From Camelus ferus (Eukaryota), in assembly GCF_009834535.1 (NCBI RefSeq), contig NC_045696.1, forward strand, positions 39,124,001-39,188,000: a DNA stretch of 64,000 nucleotides, read 5' to 3'. How positions within the stretch are numbered: position 1 is the first letter of the stretch; each line of letters opens with the position of its first letter. The position numbers and the translations under genes are program-made. This document shows positions 51,514 through 64,000 of the stretch, in pieces. The notes beneath the pieces were generated by a model that was not told where the DNA came from, made no database searches, and saw nothing but the letters and a program-made list of their open reading frames with translations.

Positions 51514-54500
51514 TTAAATTTCCCAGTCTTTACACTACCAAAAAGTAAGTAAAGATTGGGAAATTTATTATTTGCTATTTCAAAATATATAGTGTAACTC
51601 AGTACAATTTTCCCAGGGGGCCCACTGAAGATTTGTTATAAGAATATTCTTAATGCCGTGCACACATTTGGACAAGTTAGCTTCAATTCTAGAACTTTAA
51701 AATTACAGGGTTTTTTTAGGAAAAACGATGTAGCCCAAGAGACAATCTACATGTTTTTCAAACTAAGAACATAAGAGAATATAAATGATAAATTATTCAA
51801 ATAACATAATTAATGTAAAATATGTGTGGCTGTATTATAATTATTTATATATAATTGTGTGTATAACTTTTGTATCTAAATATACACCAGTATAGCTAAA
51901 TGCATGGGTTAAAAGGTCAAAGAAAACAAACTTCAAAAGTTAACCATATTTTTCTGTGATTAGTGAGATTACAACAATTTTTCATCATGCTTTTCTACAT
52001 TTTATTTTTTCTACTATTAAATTGAAACTATTTTTTAGAAGAAACAAGTTATAAAAGTAATAGGTGCAAATGGATTTTTTCAGAGTGATTTGTTGATAGA
52101 TCTGTATGCCCAGTAGATGACTTTATTCTACAGGGAATCTTTTAGTGGCATTGAGGGAGTTTCAATATTATCTTCACAAACAGACATGAAGATGAGAGGA
52201 CATAAATATCTTTCCTTCCAAGCTGCATTCTTAAAGAAGATTAATATGAGATGAATAATTGTTTTGGACATTTTTGTTCTTATAGCATGAGTTCTTCATG
52301 ACATTTTATATCTTATGGCATCTCTGCATCTTCTTATTGGAACTGGGTGAGAATGCAGTGCTTTATTTTATTGTCATTATTCTTTCCATGAAAAGTGATA
52401 GAACATATCATTTTAATACCAAGAGTTTCTTAGGAGCTGTCAAAATATCTGAATTTTTTTTTCAGATGATTTATCTACTAATTGGAGCAGAAAGCAATCT
52501 GAAACTGAATAGTTAAATAAACATATTCAAACCTCTGAACCCTTAAGGATACAAGCTATATATTTATAGAGTGAAGATTTGAATTAATGCTTTTACATAT
52601 ACAGAATTAATGCTTTTACATATACAGCTTAATTGCTATACTCTGCTATATACTAAATAGCAAAGAGGAGTCATAGTCTTAGACTGTGAGCAGATGTTCC
52701 TTAGAAAATCCAGTGTTTTACCAGTGAGAACCTTAAAACAAGGTCATAAAGTGGTTTAGGCATAATCATTTAATAATTTAGAGGTGGAACTGACTCAGAA
52801 ATTTTGTTACATTTCTGTGAACATTTTCTTTGCCAGGATAATAAGTTATAGAACAAATCTGTTTACTACTTTGTATCTTCAAAAGTAGAATTCATTCTGG
52901 GCTTTACTATACTGTCATAGAATTTGGAAGATTTCTTAACAGTGAAGAATCATAGAGTTATGGGGCTTTTAAGAACAGTAAATGCCTTTGCCTTCAACCT
53001 GGTTCTTTTTTAGATTGTACTTCTCTGGAAATGAGCAGAAAGGAGTTCCCCACATCTGCCCAGAGCCACACCTCATTATTGTATTCTAGACAGAAGGTAA
53101 AATGAAGATAATCTGGTACTTTCAGAGATTTGACAGCAGTGTGCTTACTCAGTGACCACTGCTAATGTTACCAGCCCCTCTTTTGTATTATTTAAAGTCT
53201 AACATAAATCTCAAACAAATTTTCTCTTATACTATTCCCTATGAAGATGCAGAACTGTTTCTTTTAATGTAGCCTCCCTTTTAAAAGAAAGAAAAAAAAA
53301 ACCCTCTCCATGACTTTCTGTAGAAAATACCCCAATTCTTCAAAGTATTTACTGTTCAAAGATTATTCTTATCAGAACTGAAATCACAAACCCTATCTTA
53401 CTCAAATTTTCTACATGGTTTTCTTTTCTGAATTACAAAGCAAGCACTTTGAGAAAACATTTCAGCACAGCAGAGACTTGGCCGTGAAACCTTCAGCTAC
53501 ATTGTGCAGAATTGGTGACTAGGTTATAGAAATAAAAATATGTGTTGGAATGTCTCTCACTTGGCTGGACATGTCATGAAAGTCAGCGAGATATGAATCC
53601 AAGACTTGTAAGTATTCTCTTGCACAGTTATAAACTTAGAGCAGCCGTTTCTAAACGGCTAGACCCGTCTTTAGATAACTGAGGCAACACTTTGAATGCA
53701 CAAAACACATTTTATGTTTTGAATATGTATCATTTGTCATTGATAAAACGCATTTTGAGGATGTGGATTTAGGTTTACCCTCTACCCTCCCCGGGTTTCC
53801 ACTTGATTCCCAGGATTATCAAACTAACAGATACATTTTTAGATTGAGGCTCTTTTCTGCCTTCCTATCTTCATATTAGCCATTACCTACTAATGTGCTT
53901 CATCTTCTCTCCTCATTTGATTTGGATTTATACAAAATTTAATTTTTTACTATTTAAATTGCATCCAGATATTCAAAACAGTGGCTATTCTTTCCACTGT
54001 GCTGTCTTCTGTAATGTTATATTTCTACCCTGGCTTTCATACTCACACTTGTAATCTCAAAAAGGGCAGGGAAGGGAAATCCTTATAATTGTTTTAGAAT
54101 TATGTGCCTCTTACATATTAAAAACATTCTTGGTTAACTGCATGATAATTGTCTACATTAATATGGAGAGTCTTAGCTCTTAGATTCTTCCCAAATCTGC
54201 AGATAAGCTGGCTAATGCCTATTTTTATTTTCTTCTTACAGGAGGGGTTATTTTAGCATCACTGGTGAAATACAGTTAGGTTTTAATGTGTGACTGAGCT
54301 AGGACAGACAGTACCACACCTTAGGAGGCATTAAATAAATGTTTGATGGCTGAATGAATGATTATGTTCACATATGAGAATTTCTTGAGAAAATTAAAGA
54401 GTCTATTTGAAATTTAGGTGTCATTTGAAGAATGTATAACCAAGAGCCTACTAGAAATTTGGGGTACATTTTGATGACTACATAATCAAACAACGTAAGA

Positions 54501-55072
54501 AGAGACTGGAAACAGCAAAAATGAAATTTTAACTTACTGTCTTATTACTCTATCCATTAATGTCTTAGTAGGAAATAATAACACATATCAGTAGTACAAA
54601 GATATAGCCCATTTTTTGGTTCAGTAGAAAAGTTACAAAAGAGTTCTTGAGAAATGGTGAAAACATTTTGGAACCTGAACGAGAGTCTCACTTTTTAGAG
54701 ATTGTAGAATAAAATGCATTATGTATTTTTTATTCTTAACTTTGTACAACATTTCACTGTTAACACATTCAGTTTTAAGGTATTTATGAGTGACAAATTA
54801 TGTCTAGAGCCTCCTCCAGAAACCTCTAAGTAAATGTATATAGATTTTTAAAAAGTATCTAAAAAATGCTTCCTCATCAAAATTCTTTATAATATACTTA
54901 ATACTCTTCTGTGTGTTTTTAAAAAGACAAAACCCTATATCTTCATATTTGCCCAGTAAAGTACATGTGAAATAGAGAAATATGACATTGACACCTAAGA
55001 TAAGTTTTCATGAATCTTGATTAACTTTTTCATTTCCATTCTCCTATTGCAGTGACAGCCTGAGTACATTTG

Positions 55073-55991
55073 ATGGAGGCAAACAAGACGCTGGTGACTG
55101 AGTTTGTTCTCACGGGACTTACAGATCTTCCAGGGCTGCAGGTTCCCCTGTTTCTGGTGTTCTTGAGCATCTACCTCACCACCATGGTGGGCAACCTTGG
55201 GATGATTTTTCTCATCTGGAAGGACCCCCATCTTCACACCCCCATGTACGTATTCCTGGGCAGTTTAGCCTTTGCAGATGCCTTTTCTTCATCCTCTGTG
55301 ACCCCCAGGATGCTTGTCAACATCTTAGACAAGAGTCAAATGATATCCCTCTTTGAATGTATGGCCCAATACTATTTTTTTGGTGCCAGTGCAACCACAG
55401 AATGTTTCCTCCTGGTAGTGATGGCCTATGACCGCTATGTGGCCATACACCAGCCCTTGCTTTATCCAGTGGTGATGTCCACCAGACTCTGCACTTGGCT
55501 GGTGAGTGTGTCATATGTAATTGGTTTTCTGCATCCTGTGATTCATGTAGGATTGTTATTTACATTAACCTTCTGCAGATCCAATATAATATATCATTTC
55601 TACTGTGAAATCTTGCCACTTTTCACAATTTCATGCACTGACCCACCTTAATGCACTGGTGCTTTTTATTTTTGCCACTTGTATACAGGCTTTTACTTTT
55701 ATGTCCATTATAGTCTCTTATACTGGTGTCCTTTTTGCCATCCTGAAAAAGAAGCCCAAAAAGGGCAGGAGCAAAGCCTTCTCTACGTGCAGTGCCCACC
55801 TGCTCTCTGTTTCCTTGTTCTATGGCACTCTCTTCTTCATGTATGTGCGTCCTGGGTCTGGCCCAGATCAATACCAAGATAAAGTGTATTCACTATTCTA
55901 CACAGTCATAATTCCCTTGCTAAACCCTTTTATTTATAGCCTAAGGAACAAGGGCGTTTTAGGTGCCCTGAGAAAAGTGCTAAAAACATAA
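55073..55991 (+). pseudogene. Olfactory receptor, family 5 (OR5AC-like), frameshifted
   Basis: Two overlapping ORFs (55070..55651 and 55605..55991) together give a full single-exon OR with [28 protein letters not shown] and [12 protein letters not shown] motifs. The frame breaks at 55646 (GAC CCA C CTT AAT), giving TAA at 55649-51. The protein most resembles OR5AC as recalled, and OR5AC is the known neighbour of GABRR3. A splice acceptor lies at 55051-52. Confidence 0.88.
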
Positions 55992-58900
55992 ACATTTTCC
56001 AGGAAAATAGTCACTGTTCGCTCCTTTTAACTCTCTGTTTAAACAGAGCATAATAACTGGCCCTGGGCTTTGCACATGGTATGGTCTAAATAAGTAATTG
56101 TTAAATGCATGGATAATAATATTTACACTAGATATATTTGTCTAAGAATTAGGTTAATGTGATCATTAAAATATTAGTGAGCACAGTAAGGATAGACATC
56201 ATTGACTTTTTGCTGTTGTTGGTTTAAATCTGTCCTTATAGATGAAACTGAGACTGAAGTCCCCAAATTCCTAAGTTTGTGATATAGATGAGCACTTGTG
56301 TTTTCAAATATATGCATTTTAAAACTCTTTAGAACTTATATTCTTTTAAAGGAAGACTCAGTGTGTAAATTCTCTGTTTAAAATTACTCATGCCCTCCTA
56401 AGTCATTCTTGTGTAATTAAAAAAAAATCTCCCGTTTAGTGGCTATTTATGATGATCCAAATGATATGTACAACAAAGTAATATTGTTAGACTAAATATG
56501 ACAAGATATATTTATCTTGAGGCATTTAAATGATTATTTAGGAAGTTTAACAGTAATTTTTAAAATTAACTTATATTTGTATTGCATTCATGAAAAGATA
56601 TGCAAATTTTTTAATACTTAAAATAATTTTTTTAACTTAAAATAATTTCCTGCAACATAATGAAAAGTTCTGAGTTTTAAAAACTTCTTTAAATTTATTA
56701 AGTATTCTTCTGAATACATTGTTTCTGACAAACTTATAATGATTGAATACAGATGTGTGTGTATATATATATATTTTTTTTCTGGAATTGACAGCTACCT
56801 GAAATAGCAGGTGTGCTTGATCGACTGATAATTACATAAGTTAAATGGATTTTTCCTTACAAAAGCTATGCATGTTTTCCATCTGGTCCTTTTGCCCTTT
56901 GGTCTCCTGACTTTATTACATTTGGCCTTGTCAATATCCTAGCAGAAAATACGGGAAAAATATCCTCATATACATGATGCATTCTCCTCACCTCTAGCCT
57001 GTTCATTGATTTAAGGGAATAAACCACTTGTGGGTCAGATAACCCCAAGCCCAAGGTGGGCAGACTGCCTTCAGCACAGGTGTGTCAGCCTAGTTTCCTG
57101 AGACCCTAGTCACTGTCCCTGCATCTGAGCTCCGCCTTCTGCTGTGAGGGCTCCTTCTAAGCAGCTTGCTCCCTGTGGTGCAAGGAGCTCCTGTCTCCAT
57201 CCCTCCACAGTCAAGGCCAGTGGCAAAGCTTCCTCTCCTTCTTCTATTTGCCATACAGGCTATTTAGGCTTGGCTGTTACACAATTGCTATGTGTCAATA
57301 GATAGTCATTCTTTGTCTCCTTTATAACTTTATTATTTCAGGCAGTGGGATGCCCGAGCCCATGCTTTTTTCCTCTGCCCTTTGCTTTTTCTACATTCCT
57401 GTAAGGTGTTATGTGAGGGGGAGGAAAACACCAGATAGGTGAGGGAATAAAAGCCAAAAGCCAAAGGTGACTAAGGACAAGTAAGTATGTTCATGAGAGT
57501 AAAACAGGACAACAGAATGACCTGACGCTGATGGCTGAAGAGCACAGGGAAGGAGATGCGGCCAGAATACCGCCAACTGCTTCTTCTCATGCCACCCTGT
57601 GCCCTGGGGTAAGGGAGTGAAAGGAACCCTCTGGATATGCTTCCTAACTTCGTATATTTTACGTGTAAGTTCAGGTCCCTGTGCTAGGTTTTCCATAGGA
57701 TCCTGTGAGCTCTTTGCAGAAACTTATTTTTCAAGGTTTCCTATTTTAAATGAAAGATGGCTTGGAATCCACTGAGTAGCCTCATAATCAGGTGCGTCAC
57801 AGTTCAGTTTACAGAGTACTATAAAACTGCATAATTTTTTGATGCATCAGACCCTTCTGATAACAAGTAACAGAGTTAGACTAAGTGTCATCAACCAGGT
57901 CTTGCATATTTTCTTCTTCCTTGCATATTTTCTTCTTCCTCACCCAGAGAGTACAGAGAGTACAGATAGTGGTTCCCACTCTTGGTTATCAACCCAAACC
58001 AAACAAATTAGAGTCTCTAGAAGGAGGTTTCAGGCTTCTGTACTTTTAGAAACTGCTCCAAGTGATTATAATGTGCAGCCAGTGTTGGTAATGACTGGAG
58101 ACCATGATGAAACTTAGCAAGCCATTGACGGAGATGAGATGATTAGCACGGACTAGAGGAACTTCTCTGTGTGACTGCTACAGTGATTTGTCTATCAAAA
58201 AGGCTACTTTATGATGCTTTAGCCCATTTCTCTCAAGACTTTTATTCTTCCATGTTTTTGACAAGACAACCAGAATAATGATATATACCTGCTGTGTACT
58301 GCACAGTATATATATTTATTTGAGACTGTGGGTCACAATCCTAGGGGCATGATGGCATCACCTAAGGTCTTTTCAAATAAAGATCCTCTGATGCAATCTC
58401 AGACCAGGGAAATCAGGTTCTCTGGAGATGTGACCCAGCTTTGGTCTATCTTTAACAGCCCAGGTGATGCCAATGTGCAGGCCAGTTTGAAAGTTCCTGT
58501 TTTAAGAGACAAGTAAAATCCTGAGATGGTTCTTGTTCTCTGGTTGTTCTTGATAGTTGAAAACAACTATCTCAATGATAGTGAGTGTGGACCTGGAGTT
58601 TGTTGTCTGAAAGCAAATGCATTCATGAAAACACTGTAGATGACACTAATTTCTTTAAACTCCCATCAGGTAATCAGTTTGGGGAGTTATACCATGCATA
58701 TCCAGACAGTTCACAAAAAAGCTGCCTGTAACTCTTTCTTACAAATTCTTTTTTTTTTTTTTTGTCTTCTTAGAATCTCATAGTTCAGCAGATATTTTCT
58801 TTAGGTTGGACAGTTCTCCATACTGCTGGATTCAGCAGATCATTGGCGGGCCTGAGGTTCTGCATTATTCAGAAGCATCCCAGGTGATTCTGATGCAGGT

Positions 58901-59006
58901 GGGCCTTGGACCACCTTTTGAGAGACAAAGCAGTAAAATGCTCAAGCATCCATGGCCACTGCTTTAGAGTTTGAATTCTGACTTCTACTACATAGGAAAG
59001 CCTACC

Positions 59007-59370
59007 TCTATGGTCTGAATGTTTGTGTCACCTCAACATTCATATGTTGGAATCCCAAGCCCCAGAGATGATGTTTTTAAGAGGTAGGACCTTTGGAAGT
59101 TGCTTAAATCATATGGTGGAAGCCTCATGAATGGGATTAGTGCCTTATAAAAGATGTTTCAGAGAGAGCCCTAGCCTTTTTCTCCATGTGAGGACACATT
59201 TGAATGTGGAGGCTGTGGACCAGGAAGAGGGCATTCACCAGAATTCCATCATGCTGTCACCTTGGGTTTAGACTTCCCAGCCTCCAGAAATGTGAAAAAT
59301 AAATTTCTGTTTTTCATAAGCTATGCAGACTATAGTTTGTTTTGATATTAGCCTGAATGGACTAAGTCAC
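59007..59370 (+). mobile_element. MaLR LTR (MLT1A-like)
   Basis: Runs ctatggtctgaatgtttgtgtc...atgggattagtgcccttat-like...aataaatttctg...gactaag. Confidence 0.8.
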
Positions 59371-60162
59371 TATCTCATATTAAACCTTACTCAATTTAAT
59401 GTTTTCATCCGAATTATCTTAATTGACCCTCTCAGGCACTTTGGAAGAATAGAAAAGAGGAGGTATTTCTTCCATTCACAAGTCTGGAAGCCCAGAGTAA
59501 TGGAAAAGCCCAGGATGTTAAATCAGAAGACCTATTATTTTTTACTATGACTCAGATAAGGCCAGAAGTGATCACAGTAGCCTCCATTAAATCCGCTATT
59601 GCTTAGAGAGGTGAAAGAACAATGTTTGATGCTAACCTAATAGTGCTGTAATTTCTTCATTTGTACAGTGGTGATAATAATATGCATTTATGCCTGTGAT
59701 AAGCTGATCAGGTGATTTAATATATGAGGATGTACATTACAGAGACTATATCACTATACAAATTTTTATACTTTTTAATGAGGAAAAAAAATTTTTATAC
59801 TTTTTTTTATGAGGTTTTACTTTTATGAGGAAGTTTAAGATCTAACTTTCCCAAAGTTACAAAATCAGTAAAGGGCCTCGCTTAAAGAAGAACCACTGTC
59901 ACATGGTATTGTCTCTAGACTGCCGGTGTGACCACTTTGGAATTCTTTTCATTTATATCAAGATACTGTGAGAAATGTCAGGAGCTCCAACACTGTAGAG
60001 AAAGAAGGTAGTTTATGTGAAAAAATTTTTGCAAAGTTAAATGAAACAAAATTAAAATGATATTACCATAATTACTGTACTAGCCACTCAAATTTATTTG
60101 TAAACTGAATGACTAAACTATTTCAAATAAGCCTTAACTGAATTAGTAACAGTTTTTTTTTT

Positions 60163-60586
60163 TTGCATCTTAGGGGAAGGCTGGGCTTTTGGGGGACTTT
60201 GAGAAGCAGTTCTGAACTTCTGTTAAGGTCAAATGAGTCTAAACAATGTTTAGACATTTGATTGAAATTTCTATTTCTTTTATATGATATGGTTCAAATC
60301 ATTTTGTCATATTATTCTCATTTCTGATGTGTTACAGTATGCCAGCTAAAACTGAGGAATCAACTACAGAATAAAAAATTACCACTTTAAAATAAAAAGT
60401 ATCCAAATTGGAATGGAAGTAGTAAAGTTGTTATAATTGCAAATGGCATGATGCTCTATATAGAGAACCCTAAAATCCCCACTCAGAAACGATTAGAACC
60501 AATAAGTGATTTCAGCAAGACTGCAGGATACAAGATTAATATACAGAAATCTGTTGCATTTCTATATACTAATAATGAAATATCAG

Positions 60587-60627
<41 letters not shown>

Positions 60628-63262
60628 TGTTTAAAATTGCATCCCAAACCAAAGTAGACTACCTAGAAATAAAGTTAACCAAGGAGGTGAAAGAATTATA
60701 TGGTAAAAACTATAAAACATTCATGAAGAAAACTGAAGATGATTCAAAGAAATGTAAAGATATCCTGTGGCTTTGGATTGGAAGACTCAATATTATTTAA
60801 GTGACCACACTACTGAAAGCAATCTACAGACTGAGTGAAATCTGTCAAAACATTCATGGTATTTTTCCCAGACTAGAACAAATAATCTTAACATTTATAT
60901 AGAACCACAAAATATGCCAAATTGCCACAGCTATCCTGAGAAGAAAGAACAAAGCTGGAGGTATAAACCTCCCAGAATTCAGACTATACTACAAATATAC
61001 AATAATCAAAACAGTATGGTATTTGCACAAAACAGACACATAGGTTAATGGAACAGAAGAGAGAGCCCAGAAATAAACCCTGGCACCTATTAATTAATGA
61101 CAAAGGAGGTAAGAATATACACTGGAGAAAAGACAGTCTCTTCAACAAGTGGTGCTGGCAAAGTTGGACAACTATAAGTAAAAGAATGAAATTAGAACAC
61201 TCCTTCATACCATATACAAAAATATACTCAAAATAGTTTAAATACCTAAATGTAAGATATGAAACCATGAAAATCATAGAAGAGAGTATAGGAGAAACAC
61301 TTGTGACATAAATCATAGTAACATATTTTGTATCAGTCTCCCAAGGCAAAAGCAATGAAAGAAAAAAATAAACAAATACAACCTAATTAGACTTAAAAGC
61401 TTTTGCACAACAAAGGAAGCCATTAACAAGATGAAAAGAAAACTTATAAAATGGGAGAAAATACTTGTGAATGATATGACTGACAAGAGGTTAATATCCA
61501 GAATATACAAACAGCTCATACAACTCAATGTTAAAAGACCAAACAATCCAATTAAAAACTGGGCAGAAGACTTGAATATGCATTTTTCCAAAGAAGACAT
61601 CCAGATAGCTACAAGGCACATGAAAAGATGATCAACATTGCTAATTACTGAGAAATACAAAAAAAACCCAAAACTGCACCAATGAGAAATCACTTCACAC
61701 CTGTCGATGACAGCAGAACAGCTATCATCAAAAAGTCTACAAATAACAAATGTTGGTGAGTATGAGGAGAAAAGGAAACCCTCATACACTGATGGAGGAA
61801 ATGTAAAATGGTGCAGCCATTAAGGAAAAAAGTGTAGAGGTTCCTTAAAAACCTAAAAGTAAAATTTCATATGATTCAGGCATTCCAATCCTGGGTATAT
61901 ATCCGGAAAAAACCAAAAACACTAATTCAAAAAGATACATGCAATATTGTTGACAGCAGCACTATTTACAATAGCCAAGACATGGAAGCAAACCAAGCGG
62001 CCATCAAAAGATAACTGCATTAAGAAGAAGTGGTATATATACAATGCAATGTTACTCAACCATAAAAAAGGATAAAATTTTGCCAATTGCAGCAATGTGG
62101 ATGGACCTAGAGAATATTGTGCTTAGTGAAATAAATCAGACAGAGAAAGACAAATACTATATATCACTTATATGTTGAATCTTAAAATAATACAAATGAG
62201 TATATATACAAAAGAGAAACAGACAGACATAGAAACCAACTTTTGGTTACCAAATGGGATAGAGAGGGAGAGGAGGGACAAATTAGGGGTATGGGATTAA
62301 TAGATACAAACTACTATACATAAAATTGATAAGCAACAAGCATTTACTATATAGCACAGGGAATTATACTCAGTATCTTGTAATCACCTATAATGGAATA
62401 TAATTTGCAAATATACTGACTCACTATGGTGTACACTTGATACTAACAGAATATTGCAAATTAACTATACTTCAATAAAAAATTACCACTTGAAATTCCT
62501 AATGACATAATTGATTCTGGCAAGGATAATCAAAGGATGCTATAAACCCTAGCAAAAATGTGAATGGGGGCAGGGAATATTTGCAAGGTGCTTAAGAATC
62601 ATATCATTAATTACTTGCTAGATGTTAGGAAAAACACATAATTTTACAGTGGAGAGATCTGGCTATTACCTTAACCCACAGTTCACATCAAGCCTCAGTA
62701 ATAATGAGACAGACGTTCCGGTGTGATGCAATATGAAGTGCATAACATCGTCTATGAAGTATTCTTCTCAAAAATGCTTAATCAAGCCTTTAGATATAAT
62801 TTCCACTGGCAACAGAAAAATACAGGGAATAGGAAAATAAGTCAAACAAAGCCAATAGGCAAATCCAGAATGCGGAACCTTCCACAAGACAAATGAACAA
62901 CTGGCTCATCTGTCCAACAAGTCATAGCCATTAGGGAGAAAAATGATTAACAATAAAAATAAAAACAAAAACAAGTAAATGAAGTGGAAAGAAATGAGAC
63001 AGCTCTGGATGAAAAGTTTTGATAGCTACAATAAATAAATACAATGCAGTGCTATAAAAGACAGTTTGAGAACAATTGGATAATTTTTAATATAGATGAA
63101 TTCCTAGATGGTATTGAGAGAACAGTATTAATCTTTCTGATGTCCAAATAGTATTGTGGGTGGGAAGGAAAATGTCCTTGTTTGTTAAGATGCAGTCTGA
63201 AGTGTTAAGCTGTGAAATACCATAATGTCTGTAATTTTTAGGAAAATATTTAATGTTTCTTT
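60163..63262 (+). repeat. Tandem segmental duplication, copy B (interrupted by the L1 at 60388-62476)
   Basis: Collinear with 47866-48880. The segment 63924-64000 also matches 51004-51075. Confidence 0.9.
60388..62476 (+). mobile_element. 5'-truncated L1 with TSD
   Basis: ORF2 fragments (ORFs starting at 60448, 61048 and 61431) and a 3' UTR. TSD aaaaaattaccactt at 60373-87 and 62477-91. Confidence 0.95.
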
Positions 63263-64000
63263 TTATAACATTATACCTATGTTTTTCCTTACAGGTGATG
63301 TATCTCATTTACCCCACAAAAATCCTATTTTGTGTTCTCTGTGCCAGCTTTCAGATGGCTTGAGCTAGATGTAAAAGTTATTTTATGTACAAAGTTAAAC
63401 TGCCCTCATCACAAATTGGTAACAGAATAATACATATCTCAAATTTGCTCACCCAAGACACCAAACCCTAACAAAAGAGCTTATCTGCCTTCCTTTGCAT
63501 AACGAAAATAGCTGACAGACAGATACTGAAAGTTATTATTAATGAGCCCTTGTTATCTGTCAAGTACAAGGTTAAGACTACACATTCATCCTCTCTTTTG
63601 ACTCTTGCAACAACCTGTAAATGCACATTATAACTTTCTTTTAAAATGAGGAAATCAAGGCTTAGAGAATTTAACTTACCGACCAAAGTATTAGAGAAAA
63701 GTCAGATTTGAATCCAAGTCTGTCTTTCCAAAGTCTATGCTCATAATCAACTCTGCTGCTCTTCCTCTTGATGACTTCCTACCCATAGTGAACTGGGAGG
63801 ACATCAAGCATAGTTTCAATGGTGTATTGCTATATTGGGCATGGAACGTCTTTATTTTTCTCAAATAATCTCTTTACTTAAGAAAACAAATTTCCTCTTC
63901 CAGATAAATTAGAATTTACTAGTCAAACTATCTCCCAATGATTTTGTTTGTGATTGCATGTACTTTATAAAATGTATATATTAATTTGGGAAATTTACCT

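Noticed and set aside
53461..53480. TTCAGCAC as a REST/RE1 site (also near 57070)
   Set aside because: Only the left half-site is present; the GGACAG half is missing.
1..64000. A novel multi-gene system (operon, CRISPR array, defence island)
   Set aside because: The DNA is mammalian and intron/repeat-rich. There are no regularly spaced repeat-spacer arrays, and all convincing coding sequence belongs to GABRR3, one OR or L1 ORF2.

Overview
This is AT-rich, repeat-dense mammalian genomic DNA, probably camelid, inferred from several tRNA-Ala(AGC)-derived vic-1-like SINEs and cetartiodactyl-type L1 3' ends. The left 34 kb carries GABRR3 (GABA-A receptor rho3) on the minus strand. I traced seven coding exons (125, 113, 68, 224, 83, 141 and 153 nt, 907 nt in total). 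All have GT-AG boundaries and a continuous open frame from the signal peptide through the Cys-loop and M1 to the start of M2. The remaining 3' exons lie beyond the left edge. A probable 5' UTR exon and a promoter with retinal-type motifs lie at about 34.35-34.75 kb. An L1-rich block at 40.8-51 kb is followed by an OR5AC-subfamily olfactory receptor gene on the plus strand (55073-55991) broken by a frameshift. That gene sits in an old tandem duplication unit of about 12.3 kb whose second copy begins near 60.2 kb. I found no evidence of a new multi-gene system. The most unusual items are a tailless 5'-half tRNA-Cys retro-insertion with a 17-bp target-site duplication (TSD), an unidentified ~210-bp insert resembling an mRNA 3' end inside an L1, the OR duplication unit with copy-specific L1 insertions, and a strong intronic CTCF motif. 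Repeat family names are assigned from memory of consensus sequences, and repeat boundaries are approximate.
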